A DNA stretch of 60,972 bases, counting the filler, from Vannella sp. (lineage: Eukaryota), in the NCBI GenBank assembly GCA_023345925.1. It is 5 parts of 5 records of this genome, joined end to end, with 100 filler letters (N's around TTAATTAATTAA, not from the genome) between each part and the next. Parts side by side here need not be neighbours in the genome. Positions count along the whole stretch, not along the records: positions 14,674 to 26,496 come from JAJQQN010000289.1; positions 26,597 to 41,037 come from JAJQQN010001037.1; 3 more parts are not named here. One strand, written 5' to 3'. The translations under genes were made by a program, and so were the position numbers. Under the pieces are notes generated by a model. The model saw only the letters and a list, made by a program, of their open reading frames with translations. It made no database searches and was not told the DNA's origin. This document shows, piece after piece, positions 23,144 to 35,449 of this stretch (the first letter of the stretch is position 1; each line of letters starts with the position of its first letter).

Positions 23144-23587
23144 TTAGGAGGGAGGAGGAAGGGAAGGGGGCCGAGGTATCAGACTGAGGCATCGCCGAAG
23201 CAAAGGTTGGCGATTGCTCCCTCGCAGAAGGGGAAGTAAGTGAGTCTGGTCTTCCTGTACGGCCCAATCTATCGGAGACGCGTTGTCTGAATCGCGAAGG
23301 TCGGGTCGGGCGTTGGCTTGAAGAAGGGCGGAGACAACTTCCTCTCTTCCGCTTTTCACAGCCCAGTGGAGCGCACTCTCTCGAAAGAAGTTGACTTTGT
23401 TCACATCTTCACCTTCTTGTTGCAAAAAGAAGGCCACAAACCGTGGGTCTCTTCGGAGAGCGGCAAAGTGAAGAGGATAACTTCCATAAGTGCTGGTTTG
23501 GTTGAGGTCCTCCATTAGGCGTCCCAACTCGGTTTCTGAGAAAGCTTCTCGGACGACGTATCTGATCAATGGACTCCAGCCGGTCAT
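23144..23587 (-). CDS. Ankyrin-repeat protein (intronless)
   Basis: YGSYPLHFAA, FRESALHWAVKSG, DNASPIDWAV. Confidence 0.85.
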   Translation of the reverse strand: MTGWSPLIRYVVREAFSETELGRLMEDLNQTSTYGSYPLHFAALRRDPRFVAFFLQQEGEDVNKVNFFRESALHWAVKSGREEVVSALLQANARPDLRDSDNASPIDWAVQEDQTHLLPLLRGSNRQPLLRRCLSLIPRPPSLPPPS

Positions 23588-23744
23588 GAAGAGCGGGAGA
23601 AAACTAACGATTTTCGAGCGGAGCCGAAGTGCATTCCCAAAAGGAAATTGTTCAAGTAAAGTGGCTTGTGCCGACACGAGAAAGCCAAAAGGGGTGAAAG
23701 AGACACCAAGTTTGTTTCCTGTTTTGGAGAAGAAAAGTTCCTTT

Positions 23745-25607
23745 TTAGTGAGCGTTCGCAAACACACTTTTCAAAGCAGCTCTGTACTTCTCAAATACTT
23801 CTGCTGAGACAGGAGGAAGCAGTAATCGGATAGTCTTCATCGTACTATCTGTTCTTGAAAGGAGAATGGCGTGCATCGCCCTCATGATTGTGAAGGCCCG
23901 AGCCAGACAGAGAGGGTGCGATTGTAAGTGTTCCGGAAGCTCGTGGCAGAGGAGAAGAGGAAAAGTGAGAGAAGTGACGTCATACTGAAACGCCACATCA
24001 AACATCCCCCGCAAACCCTCAATCAAAACAGAGTCTGGGCCAATCAGCAGTGATTCCGCCACAAAGGAAGGAGGTTTGGTGAGTCAAGGAAAGGAGGGAG
24101 ATGGAGTAGAGGAGAGGGAGGGAAGAAAGAAGGATATCTCGAGCGTTCTCGCCAATGAAATGGAACAAAACGTGAAACTCCCCCAAACAAGAGTGTTTGG
24201 TGATGAAGAAGTCGCCCGTTTGGAAGCTGGCGGAATCACTTTGCAACCGGATCCGTTCAATTTGGCTGTCCAAAGACTCAAAAATGGGATCTGTTCGTGT
24301 TTCGCTGAGTTTGAGCAGTTTCGTGGCACCAGGACTGTTGTAAACCAGAGCGGGATCCGCAATGAAGGCCAATCCTGATAAGCTTGAGGAGAACATTGTT
24401 CTGGCTGCTTTGATAAGAGACATTCTGCCTTCGAGTTAACTGTGAAAGTCGACTGACATGGAGAAGTTGTCTCTTACCGACTTTGCTGAGAGTGACCAAC
24501 TGCTTCTGGAGCTGATAAAGTACTTAATTCGATGTTATACAGCATCGGATTCCGGATTCCCACAGAAACTGTCAGTGATCCTTCAATACCCTTGCTCTGA
24601 CTCTCTCTTGGAGCGTCTTTTCGATCGGTAGCTCCACTGCATGAGCGTTAAAACCAGCTAGGCTCGGAAAGAGAGTCAAACCTTTCTGCATCGCGAAGTT
24701 TAAACCACCTCCGATGACGTTTTGGCTCTCCCTGGTCTTCCTCAGCATCGGCCTCCATTGCGAATGCTTCGTGGTCGATTGTATCGTACTTTTGAACGTA
24801 TTCCCGGAAGGCCACCGCCTGGCGCTTGTTGAGGGAGACCAGTTTGTCCTTGTACTTTCGGTCTAATTCGTTCAATTCTGCCATGTGCTTCTCTACTAAC
24901 GCAGATATACTCATTTGACTCAAGACTGTAGCTTTGTTCATCTCATCTGATTGGCTTTGGTTGGGCTATCAGGGCTTTGGCAAAAGTGACATTCCTGCAA
25001 CTCACTTGGCGTGCATCGAGTCCTGTTCTTCGACTCGCTGAGAGAGGAGTTTGCAGACAACCACTTTCTGTTTCTCTTGGAACTGGACGATCCTTTCGCA
25101 GTCCTCAATGCTGCGGTTACAGAGTCGATGGAAGGTTTGCTCGAAGCCTTCCTTCTATTCGTTCCCTCTGTGAGTCCAAGAGTGCTGGTAGCTCAAGTAG
25201 TCGTACAGAGGATCTGAGGGATTGATTCGTGTTGTGCTGGACGCCTTCATCTGCGTAGAGAGTTCGCCATGACTGTTTGTAGGAAGAGGCGAACCGTTTT
25301 GTCGTCTCACTATCAGAGGAGAGCTCAGCCACTTACAAAACCCTGGTGTTAGTACAGGGTATTCGTTTGGATCCTCTTAGAACTCACCTGCTTCTCTGTC
25401 CTGCTCCCCCAAAGCGGGATCCTTCAGAAGGCGGTCTGCAGTGGCGAGAATCGGTATCTCCAGGTAGACAGGGATGTCCTCCTGGACAAAGAAAGCTCGT
25501 AAAGCCTCCTCGGAATCCTCTCCTTGTCTCAGATTCACCTCTACAAGGACGTACTTCTTCCCCACGGCAAACTTGAACCTCAGAGTCGTCGAGCGGGCCA
25601 CAATCAT
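23745..25607 (-). CDS. C12orf4/FERRY3 (DUF2362) family protein
   Basis: DIPVYLE, GDFFITKHSCLGEFHVLFHF, AFQYDVTSLTFPLLL. Includes an AT-AC intron at 24074-24137. Confidence 0.75.
24074..24137 (-). other. U12-type (minor spliceosome) AT-AC intron
   Basis: Donor ATATCCTTCT, branch TTCCTTGAC, acceptor AAAC. Removal restores the frame ENAR|APSFVAESLL. Confidence 0.85.
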
Positions 25608-25807
25608 CCGCTCCTGGCCTCCACAAACTGCCTGGATCTCTCTAACGGTGTCACAACACTCTGCTACCTCTCTCACATCCAGAAAGGCTCAAACAAACGA
25701 GAAGAAGAGGGAGAAGGGATCAGCATTGATGACTTTGGAGCTTTCCTCTTCATTAAGGGTCTGAGAGGCTCAGTGGGCTGCTTTGGTGGACAGAGGGGAT
25801 GCTGGCG

Positions 25808-26496
25808 ATGGAGGGGAGGGAAAGATGGAGCCATTTGAGGATGGAACGGCTTCAAGAGTGGTTGCAAGAGGCAGGCGAGCACAGTTTGAAGGAGAGTCGA
25901 TCTCTAGTGCGTTTGAATGTAGCTGAAGGTACAATGGGGAAGTTCCTTCAAGTGGTAAGCATGCACGCCCGAGAGGAGGGCGATTTGGTCTACAAAGAAC
26001 GTCCTCTTTGCTCCCTTCAATGCAACCGAGAGGAAGCACTCTGCTGTGCAGCCTGTTTGCAGCCTGTTGGATCATTGGAAGATCAAGTTACTCGCCTTTC
26101 ACCAGAAGATTCGTCCATCCCCGAGCTACTGGCCCAAATGCCGCCCCAAGTGTTCCAGCAGTGCGCCGAGCTCGATCCCTCCTTGCTGTACGATGCCCTT
26201 CCTTGCCGCAATGGATGTGGCAAGTCCTTTTGCTCCTTGGAGTGTGAAGAGCACTACTGGAGTGCTCATCATGCCCTGTACTGTGAGCTACCCCAAACGC
26301 AAAGGTTGCAGTTGGAAGATCTTGAAGCCTACTGCGCTGCCACTCCTGGTGGTGAAGTTCCTTGGCTTTCCTTCCAACTACTTTGTAACACACTCCTCTC
26401 TCAGCAAGCCAAACGCTTGGTGATCTACGATCAGCTCCCTCATCGACTTTGGGTGCCCAACTCTCCCCCTGTAGACGGGGAACAGAGCGAGAAGGA
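25808..26496 (+). CDS. SET-MYND (SMYD-like) lysine methyltransferase, 3' truncated
   Basis: GKFL...REEGDLVYKERP (SET-N), CAACL...CRNGCGKSFCSLECEEHYWSAHHALYC (MYND). Confidence 0.8.
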
Positions 26497-26596
26497 NNNN
26501 NNNNNNNNNNNNNNNNNNNNNNNNNNNNNNNNNNNNNNNNTTAATTAATTAANNNNNNNNNNNNNNNNNNNNNNNNNNNNNNNNNNNNNNNNNNNN
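26497..26596. other. Artificial contig linker
   Basis: N-run/TTAATTAATTAA/N-run. Confidence 0.98.
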
Positions 26597-27913
26597 TCCA
26601 CTTTCAGTGACTAAGGCAGAGATCTTGGACGATTCCAAATGATTTCCAATGAATACCAAGCGAGTACTGCGTGAGGTCGACATGCTTATGTCCCAGGTGG
26701 CCTGGTACCGCCGCCTGCCGCTCCAATGGAAGATAAGACGGCGAGAGGGATTAGAATCCAAGCAGATGAATCCTTTTGCCCGAACAATCGAGTTTGGGAG
26801 CCCTCCATCTGCTTCAGGGGTACAAAAGAGATCCTGCAAGTGCCTTAAAGAGAAAGGAATGTCACTTTCGAAGACAATCGAGCTGAAACTCTCATCCGAA
26901 ATATGCTGCTCCTTCCGCTTTCTCCGAGTTTCTGTTGCCTCTTCTGACCTACTAGTAGCAGCAGATCTCCCTTCTGGTTTACGAAGAATAGGGTCCTCTA
27001 AGGGTCGCCCACAAAGGCAATTTGAGATTAAGAAAACGCGTTAAGTTCAACTCACCTCTGGGCTGGAGAATGTAAGGTATTGTCATAGTCTCTCGCTGTA
27101 TCGCGCCAGCGCCTGACTCGAAGAGCTTGTACTCAACGTCGAGAATGTGAGGCAAAGGGACTCGGCTGTACTCGCAAGGGTAGATTGCTGCGAATGGGAC
27201 CGTGTTCGCAACCCAGGATTCGACGTATTGGAGCTGTTCCTCAGTGACAACGTCCTTCTTATTCAAGAGGACAACGTCAGCGCACCGAAGCTGATTCATC
27301 GCAATCTCACTCTTGATTGTCTTCCCCCCGGCTTGCTGCTCACTCTCTGCTAGTTCAGCATACATGGCATCTGTGTCCATGATGGCGATGACACAGTCGA
27401 GCCTAACGCGTGTCATCTTGCCGTATTTGCGCTCTAAAAGCTCAATCAGAGCGAGTGGGTCGGTGATTCCGCTGGTTTCAATCACCAAATAGTCGATCTC
27501 ATCGAACTGGCGCTCGCTAAAGTCAGAGTAGTCTCCTTGTAGAAGCTTCCAGACTGCATCTTGCAAGTTATCAGACAGAGAGCAGCACAGACATCCATTG
27601 GAGAGAGCTACCACGCCTCTATTGGGGGTGTTGGAGTCAATGGCGCTCTTGGATCTCATCACAAGTGGAAAGAATCTTACGTGTTATGATCTCCTAGATC
27701 AGAAACAAGCTCAGAGTCGATATTCAACGCAGCAAAGTCATTCACCGCAGCGGCAATGCGAAGTTCCTGCTTGTTTGAGACGAGATGGTTCAGTAAAGTC
27801 GTCTTCCCGGCACCCAAGAAGCCTGTGATAAGTGTGACTGGAAGCTGCTTCTTCGCATCAACTCCAAAGGCCCTATTCTCGTAAGCCAAGAAGAGGTGGG
27901 TGCTCTCGTTCAT
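26597..27913 (-). CDS. COG0523/CobW-family zinc metallochaperone GTPase (CBWD/ZNG1-like), 3' truncated
   Basis: [44 protein letters not shown], CobW_C IVRAKGF...LVFIG. Confidence 0.92.
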
Positions 27914-28001
27914 CAAAGAGCGCCAAATAAGAATGGGCATTTTACTGTAATGATAAACCTTAATTTCCAAGCTGTGTGAATTAAATGAGCCAGCCTGGCC
28001 A

Positions 28002-30266
28002 TTATTTGGGTTGTTGCAGTTTGTGGATTTGCAGTCGGTACTGTTTCTCTCGCTTCTACCAGCTTATGTGAGAGTTTGACGAGGGAGAGAGGATGTGGAC
28101 TCACTCTATTCTCTTCTTCTACAGTGCTCATCTTCTCCACGATCTTCTCGGTCTCTCTATCAGCATTAATGACTTTTTGTTTGGCTAAAACAGCATATTG
28201 AGCCTCCAATCTCTGATGTTAAGTGAGTTTGAGAACCCCAACAGTGCCTAACGTACGCGTATAATATCATCCTTCTCCTGAAGCAGCTCCTCTTGATGGG
28301 CAGATTGAACACGAAGCTTCTGCACCTCTGCCTCGAGAACTTCGTAAAGTCTCGCCGGAATTAGTTCTGCACCAGCAGGAAGCTCAATTTGGGGTAAAGA
28401 ACTATTCACTTCTGTAAAGTCAAAAAGATCATCGGTCAGTTCAGCCTCCTCGCCGTCATCGTCGAGGAAAACCAAGTCAGAATCGAGTTTGTCCGAACGA
28501 AGGGACGTTTCCAGCAAGGGGGCCTGTCCTGTTGGACGTCGGCGTTGGGAAGAAGACAAAGATGAAAAGGTACCGTTGATTTGTGCAGCGAGTTGGCTCT
28601 GCTTGGCAAGCTCCGGATCTGAATCCTGGAGGGAAGAGGCAATAAGATCTACTCGGTCACATAGTTCGACAATGCGCTGTCGTTGTGCCTCTACCGTTCT
28701 CTCCTTGTTCTCTAAAGCAATCTTCAGTTGCTTGACTTTGCTCTGTAACATATCTCGGTCCCTCAGCCAGATATTCATGGGGACCCCGCGGTTCTTATCT
28801 GTGATGCGTTCCAATTGCAAATCTCTTTGCTTCAATTCGTTGCGTGCATGGACTAGTTTCTTCTGGAGGTCGACAATCTTGGTCTCTCGGACTCTCTTCT
28901 CTTGTTTAAGAGTGTTCAAGCTCATTTCCATCTCCTGCACGTCCTCGTGGATCCCTTCGAGAGTTGCAATTCGTTTGGTTTTGATGGCCTCCGTGCTCCT
29001 GAGAGTTCGGAGCTCCTCTTGAAGTTTTCTTTCCTTCCTAGAGAGAATGGCAATGCGCTCTGCATACGTAACGTCAGTGGAGAGCTTGCGTTCTTGAGAA
29101 TGTTGTTTTTGTTCTTCAATTTCCCGAGTTGTCTTTTGATAGTACGCTTCCAGCTCTTTGCAACGACGCTGAAGGTCTGCTCTCTCCTTTTTAATCTCCT
29201 CGTACTGGCGTTCTAGCGTGCCCAACTGATTATTCAGCTTCAGCACATGTTGGTAAAGCTCTTCGGGGAGTGGCTCCTCTGAATCGCCATGAATGAGCGA
29301 TTTAGCTTGTTGATAACGCCTCTCCAGTCTCTGCATGGAAGATTCGTTGTCCTTATTCCTCTTCGGAGTCTGCAATCGGGGAGCAGGGACTGAAGTGACT
29401 TTCTGTGCCGAAGCGGCTAGTTGGACAGTCAGGTCTTCTACAGCCTCGTTCTTTGCTTGAATCTCTTGTTCAAACCCAAGTAGTCGCTCTTGCATGCGAT
29501 GGAGCTCTCCATTAAGCTCGAAAACATCCTTATCTCGCTTGCTGAGAGCTCGCTCCAAGCGAGCTGTCTCTGAGATGAGCCCATTGAGCTGGTACTCTTT
29601 GCTTTTCAACTCCCCTTCAAGGCGAAGCTTGTCACCAACAAAGGAGAAGCCGTCACTGTAAGCTGAAGCGTTATCTTCCTCGCTGCCGCGTATTGCTCTT
29701 GAGCGCCCGCGATCTGAGGACCTTGGCGAGTCTCCACCGTCCACAGAAGAGAAGCCAAAGCTTCTTTCCTCTCCATTTGGTGACTGAGAAGCATCATGAT
29801 CCTTGGAAACGCCTTCTCCCATCTCATCCTCGTCCTCAGCGATGAACTCCTCCAGACTTGGCCTTTCAAAGGACAGGAAAGGGATATCCTCTTCAGGTGG
29901 CTCTCTCTTGGTCTCCAGAAGGACTATGTGCTCCACAGGAGGCTCAGATTCTCTTTGATTAGAGATCGAGGAGGAGGCACGAGCTCTCCCAGCCTTGAGT
30001 GGAGTAAGTGAGGCTCTCTGTCGATCTGCATTCACTTGAGGAGCTTCCCTCCCCGTTGACACGGAGGAGCGCCGCACCATCCCTCCAGGACGGACAGACG
30101 GCGAGGAACCCAAAGGAACCATCGACATACGAGGCCCACGCTCCACTCCCACCACCCCAACACTAGAACCAGCCACTAGGCTTCGTCTGGGAGTTGTAAC
30201 TCTTCCCACAGGCGAAGCAATCGGCAACCCGCTCGGGCGGCGACTCGCACTCGGCGCCCGGCTCAT
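28002..30266 (-). CDS. Long coiled-coil protein resembling MAP70 microtubule-associated proteins
   Basis: Coiled coil with [21 protein letters not shown] and [13 protein letters not shown]...QEKDDIIR, recalling MAP70 motifs (compared from memory). Confidence 0.55.
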
Positions 30267-30318
30267 GTAAAATGACTCGTAAGGAGCTCCTGAGGGTGCG
30301 GTATCATGTGCAAGACGT

Positions 30319-31538
30319 TTAGATCCCCTCTGGTAGCCAGAAGGCCACTTGGGAGCAAGCAGAAGCCGCCATCATGCGCTTGGGGTTGAAGAGGACTCGC
30401 CCGACTGGTCCAGGGTGAAGAGAGGGAGCTGTCCAGAGTGCCACAGGGTTCCCGGTAGTGGCTTCCCAGACGTTGACACGACCGTGCTTGGTACCACAAA
30501 GGACGAACTGTCCGTCGGGTGTGAACGACGCTTCGGTCGAGTGAAGGTATGGTCCATCGGGAAAGACGATGTAGTGTCTCTGGAGGGCCTTGTTAGTTGA
30601 GTTGGAGGTATAAGGGGTACTTTCATACCAGTTTACCATCGAATGAGTCCAAGAGAATCAGTCCCTGAGGTGTAGTAAGCAAAATAGAGGTGCCGTCAGG
30701 GCTAAACGACAGACTGTTCCAGTAGAGCTCCGTTTCTGCATGAAGAGAGAAGGTGCTGAATGGTCCTTTGTCGTAGCTACGAGTGTCATAGAGCTTGATC
30801 TCGTTCTCACCCAGAGCCACCGCAAAGATGACTCCCATGGGGTCATAACCTGTTGCTACTGAGTGCCCCAGGAAGCTTCGCGTATCCTTCTTCATCCTCA
30901 AGATACCCTGACATACAGGGTTGCGCAAATCCCACATCCGAACGGTCCCGTCTAACGATCCAGAAGCGAATGTGTCGTTCACGGGGCTCATCTTCAAGGA
31001 GATCACCCTGGAAGGCGGTCAGCTGCATACATGTAGAAGAGAGTCGATATGTCTACCTATCACGATGTCCTTTGAAGTAGCGGAGGTACCGATTGTCGCT
31101 CAGAGACCAGTGTCGGATCGTGTCTGCGGAGGATGAGATGTCAGCTCACTCAGTCACCAGTAGGAGGAGAGAACTTGCCGTCCCAACTATTCTTTGAGGC
31201 ACAGATGACTGATCCCGGCTCGTGGGTGAAGGAGATCCGGTCTACTCCGTACTTCTTGCTGTACAAGGTCAACTCCACCCTCCCCTTCCCCTTAGTGTCG
31301 CCCACGCTCCACGTAACATGTATCTACCCACTTTCCAGTCTCTGTGTTATACAGTCTCATGCTCTCGTCGTCACTGGACGTGATAAGCCGCGCTCCATCC
31401 CTTGAAAAGTCCATCGAGTTGACCGTGTTCGTCTGCCCCTCATCAGACCACCTCCAGCATCTCCCTTCTTCCCCTTACGTTCTCATGGAAGACCTTTGCG
31501 GGCTTGAAGCTGCTAATCACCTCAGGACTGATCCTCAT
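30319..31538 (-). CDS. WDR82: WD40 protein WDR82/Swd2
   Basis: SFKPAKVF, SSDDES, LYSKKYGVD, DNRYLRYFKGH, YDKGPF, EASFTPDGQFV, FNPKRMMAASAC..AFWLP. Confidence 0.92.
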
Positions 31539-31618
31539 GCAGGGCGACCGCGAGAGAAGGACCAAGAAGGGAGACGAGGAGCAAATGAAAGGGCGTATAA
31601 TACAAACGGCAGGCCACA

Positions 31619-32727
31619 CTAGGCACTGGCCATGCGAGCAATGCGGTCTTTGATCCAGCAAGGATACTTCATGAACGGCACGTCCTCCGTTGCTGCTTCT
31701 TCAAGAAGGGAGGCGATGCTGAAGTTACATGGAACGTCGTTGTAAGAGAGTTTGATGGAGAGCGCTACGCTGTAGAAGAATCTTGAAGGAAAGGTGAGTG
31801 GGATGGTGGCGGTGAAAGACTGGGCTCCTTACTCGTCTTTGAGGCGCTGGGAGTCCTCTGCTTGGTGTAACAGATCGCTTAGACGCCCTTGCAGAGCTGC
31901 GAGCTCCTCTTGCAGTGTCTTCTTGTCGTCGTTAGCTTCTTGAAGCTGATCCTGCGAGAGATGAGTGAGCTTCGCTGCAGTAGAGCGAAAAGGAGTGAAC
32001 TACGTACCATGGCTTGGTGGTGCTGGATAGAGAGAGCTTCTACTTGTTGGTTGAGGGTGGCAGTGTGCTTGTCCTTGTAAACCATTCGCTGTTCGAAGGC
32101 TTTCTCAGCTTGAAGGAGCGCTGCAGAGGCGGACTCCTTCTCTTCTTCAACCTGACGACGAAGCTGCTGAGCAAGAGCTTGCTGTTCGGCGATCATCCTC
32201 TGTGCAGCAGCGAGGGACTCTTCGACCATCGACAGCTGTTGGGAGACGTTGTCTAGTTGTTGCTGCTTGCTCAGGACCTCTTCCTGGGTTCTCTTGCGCT
32301 CCTTCTCTGCAGACTCGCACTTGGTACAAGGAGCAGGAGTGGGGGCTTCAAAGAGGGGGAGATTAGCAGATTGTCGGTTGTTCTCTTGGCCCAGAAGGGA
32401 GGGTTTGGATAAGGGAGAGAGGGTTGAGACTGTGGAAACGGCAGAGGGGGTTGGGTTCAGGGAGAGGGGCTTAGGGAGTGGTGATAGACCCTGTTGAACA
32501 CTGCTGAGCTGTTGTTCAGTGCTGACTGGCTTAGAGCTACTTGTGGGTTTCCTGAGTGGAGATAAGGTAGTTGCTGGAGACTCCAGAGGCTGTGCGGGTC
32601 TCAGTCGGGAGGAAGAGGAGGCGGAAGAGGAAGGAAGGACCCCCGATCCGATGGATGGCGGAGTGTAGAACACACTGTTTGCAATACCTCCTCTCTTTGC
32701 GGAGTCTACTGGCTTGACACGTTGCAT
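31619..32727 (-). CDS. Hypothetical Ser/Pro-rich + coiled-coil protein
   Basis: Long ORF with heptad Q/E-rich C-terminal half. Later exons join via short introns to a TAG at 31619. Confidence 0.6.
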
Positions 32728-32990
32728 GTTGAATGATGAAGAGAGGCCAACCGCTGCAAAAACCGTTGTAACCGCAGTTTCCCGCCCTTCTCGCTCTCCC
32801 GCTCCTCCCCACTGCAGCTTCATGTGACAACAACCAAACGAAGGACATCCTTCGTCCTCCTAAGAGCAGGTGAAGCGAGCCTCACCTCATTGCGACTCTG
32901 TCTCCAGCAGCGAAAGAAATGATCAATTCAAAGGGTTTAGAAGGAAAGATCAGATGAAATGTACAACAAAAGACTGGAAAAGGGCGCTTT

Positions 32991-33656
32991 TCACTCTTGA
33001 GAGAGGAGAGGGATCGGATCAGAGATTCGAGAGAGGTCGCGTTCGATGCGATCCTGCTCCTTCTCGATGAGGGAGAGAAGCTTTTGGGTTCGGCTCAGGT
33101 AGTCTTGGCATTGCTGCTTCTTCTGGAGGAGGAGGCGGACGTGTTCATTGATGATGCCTTCCTCCTTTGTTACAGCCGGAGGAGACTCTTCTTCTCCAGC
33201 TGGAAGATCTTGAGAGGAGGAGGTCTTTTGTACCTTGGTTGGGGGCTCGCTAGAGGGCTCACTGGATGTTGAAGCTAAGGAGACAAGGGGGGAAAGTGCC
33301 CGCTCGTTGACTACCGGGGCTTGCGGTGATGATTCGCTTGAAGAGTCCTGTTGGGGATCTCTAGAAGGAGATGTCCCACTCCTAGTCCGCTTGCGAGGCT
33401 CAGGGATGATGGCTGCGTTGGCAGAGAAGCAGTTCTTACAGGGACAGAAGCCCACGCACTTTTGGCACACCCAATCAGCAGATTCACTCACTGCGTTCCA
33501 ATAGGCACCCGTATTCTCGACGCATGGCTTGCACACGATGATAGGGCACTCACAACAAGAGGCGAACTTGCGCCTCGCGCTCTTCACCGTACTGCAGATA
33601 TGACACCGCTCATTCCGACCCTGCATTGGATCAGTTACCTTTGTCTGGTTAACCAT
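32991..33656 (-). CDS. zf-4CXXC_R1 (CDCA7-type) zinc-finger protein
   Basis: CHIC...CCEC...CKPC...WVCQKCVGFCPCKNC followed by a C-terminal coiled coil. Confidence 0.75.
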   Translation of the reverse strand: MVNQTKVTDPMQGRNERCHICSTVKSARRKFASCCECPIIVCKPCVENTGAYWNAVSESADWVCQKCVGFCPCKNCFSANAAIIPEPRKRTRSGTSPSRDPQQDSSSESSPQAPVVNERALSPLVSLASTSSEPSSEPPTKVQKTSSSQDLPAGEEESPPAVTKEEGIINEHVRLLLQKKQQCQDYLSRTQKLLSLIEKEQDRIERDLSRISDPIPLLSQE

Positions 33657-33819
33657 TCCAGGAGGAGGAGGAGGCGGGAGCGTTGCGCGGGGCGTCGGGC
33701 AACGAGGAAAAGCCTCCCGCAAGCTCCCTTCGCGGAAATTTCCATTTCCCCCTCTCCCACCCCTCAAATGCTGGGATTTCATTTGCAGTGTTATTTATTA
33801 TTGTTTGTGGAGGGCGGGG

Positions 33820-34496
33820 ATGGCGGCAAGGCGAGGGAAGTTGGGGGCAAGTCGATGGGCTTTGGAGTTGGGAGGTCCAACAGTGGATTGCGTGGCGCCA
33901 CCAGGATTTCAACCCAAGTTTCAAGCTTCAGAGAGTGTAGGGAGTGAGGGGGAGTGGGGATGGTGGTTAATGGAGGGATTAGAACTCAAAGGCGAAGGAA
34001 AGGAGCGGGATGAATGCTGAGTTGAGAGAGAAGAAAGCTTGGGAGATGGCAAAGACGCCAATCAGTAGTATCATGATGACTGCGTTCATGCTATGGATGA
34101 GTGGCGGCTCTGTCAACATCTTCAGCATATCAATTACCATGTATTCGATCATGGGCGCGATCAGCGCCATCCTCAGCGTCTCCAATGGTAGGTGAACGCA
34201 AACCAAACGAGATCTTCACTTCTCTTTCACAGGATCTGACTGCCATGGGCAGGATTCAAGCGGTTAGAGGAAGAAGGACATTCCTTCGCTCCCCAAAAGA
34301 CCCTCTTCGTCCTACTCCAATCCGTGGTACTTGGTTTAGCCGTCTACAAAGCCAATGCCCTTGGTCTCCTTCCTACAGATGCAGACTGGTCCACTGGACT
34401 TGCCGTCAAGCAGGTGAGGAAGGATTCTCCCTAATGACATGTCTCTCACCCCTTTCATAGGTACGGGAGATATCCACTGTTTATTTGAAGAGATAA
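33820..34496 (+). CDS. EMC4: ER membrane complex subunit 4
   Basis: PPGF, KKAWEMAKTP..IMMTAFMLWMSGGSVNIFSI, YKANALGLLPTDADW. Three introns. Confidence 0.9.
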
Positions 34497-34564
34497 GAAG
34501 AGTAAAGGAATTGATTTGAAAGGATGGGAAAGAAAAAGGGCGGGAAAATCCATTACTTGAGGGG

Positions 34565-35366
34565 ATGGAGTTTGTCAACACGTATGAGAGGTTGAAGGCT
34601 GCCTATGTGAACGAGGTGAACTGCCCGGAGTTGCTCCCGTATGAGGGCGTTGTGATCTCGGCTATTGGTGGGTGATTGTGGACTGGCTTGGTGGCTTACT
34701 GGAGAGCAGAGGCGGATATCCAGGAGCATGAGGCGAAGATCGAAGAGAGACAGCAGGCGGGAAAGGATGCGGAATACTTTGCTAGTAGAGTCCTCTTAAT
34801 GGGGCTCGAGCGCACTAAGTACCTCCTCTCTTCCTACCTTCACTCTCGACTGGCAAAGATTGAAAGGTTCACTGTCTTCTTCCTCACCAATGAAGAGGCT
34901 CGGAGTCGCCTTTCCCCTTCAGAGTTAGACTATGCAACCAAGTGAGAGATCTCTCCTGCCATTGGAGACGTCCATTCATCCCTTTCTGGCAGGTTTAATG
35001 AGTTGGTTGTTGAGTACTATCGAGCAGCTGCTTTGGATCAACTTCCTGCTGCTTACACTGCTCTTGATGATCCTGATATGAGTAAGTTGCTATGGGACTC
35101 AATAGATCCTCAGTGGGCACTCTAACGGAGATGAAGTCCCTCAACCAAATCTGGACTCACACGTGATTTGCCGCGTTGACGACAACATTGGTGACGTTGA
35201 GATTGAACAGGGGTTAGTGCCTGCTCAGTTCAATCAAGAAGTCGTATCTGACCATGGCGTAGCGGAAGTAGTGTCCACTTTGAGAAGGGAGATGTGGTGG
35301 CCATCAGATACCGACCCATCCGAGGGCTGGTGTTGGGGAAGAAAGTCTCTTTTTGCTGAGGAGTGA
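34565..35366 (+). CDS. GINS4: GINS complex subunit Sld5
   Basis: NEVNCPELLPYE, LERTKYLLSSYLHSRLAKIE, LSPSELDYA, PNLDSHVICRV. Four introns. Confidence 0.88.
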
Positions 35367-35449
35367 GGTTAATCGTTTATTCTTCTTGTACAATAAATAG
35401 CCACTGAAGGACTCTTGAGTTTCTCTATTCTTCCGGGAGCATTGCTTCT

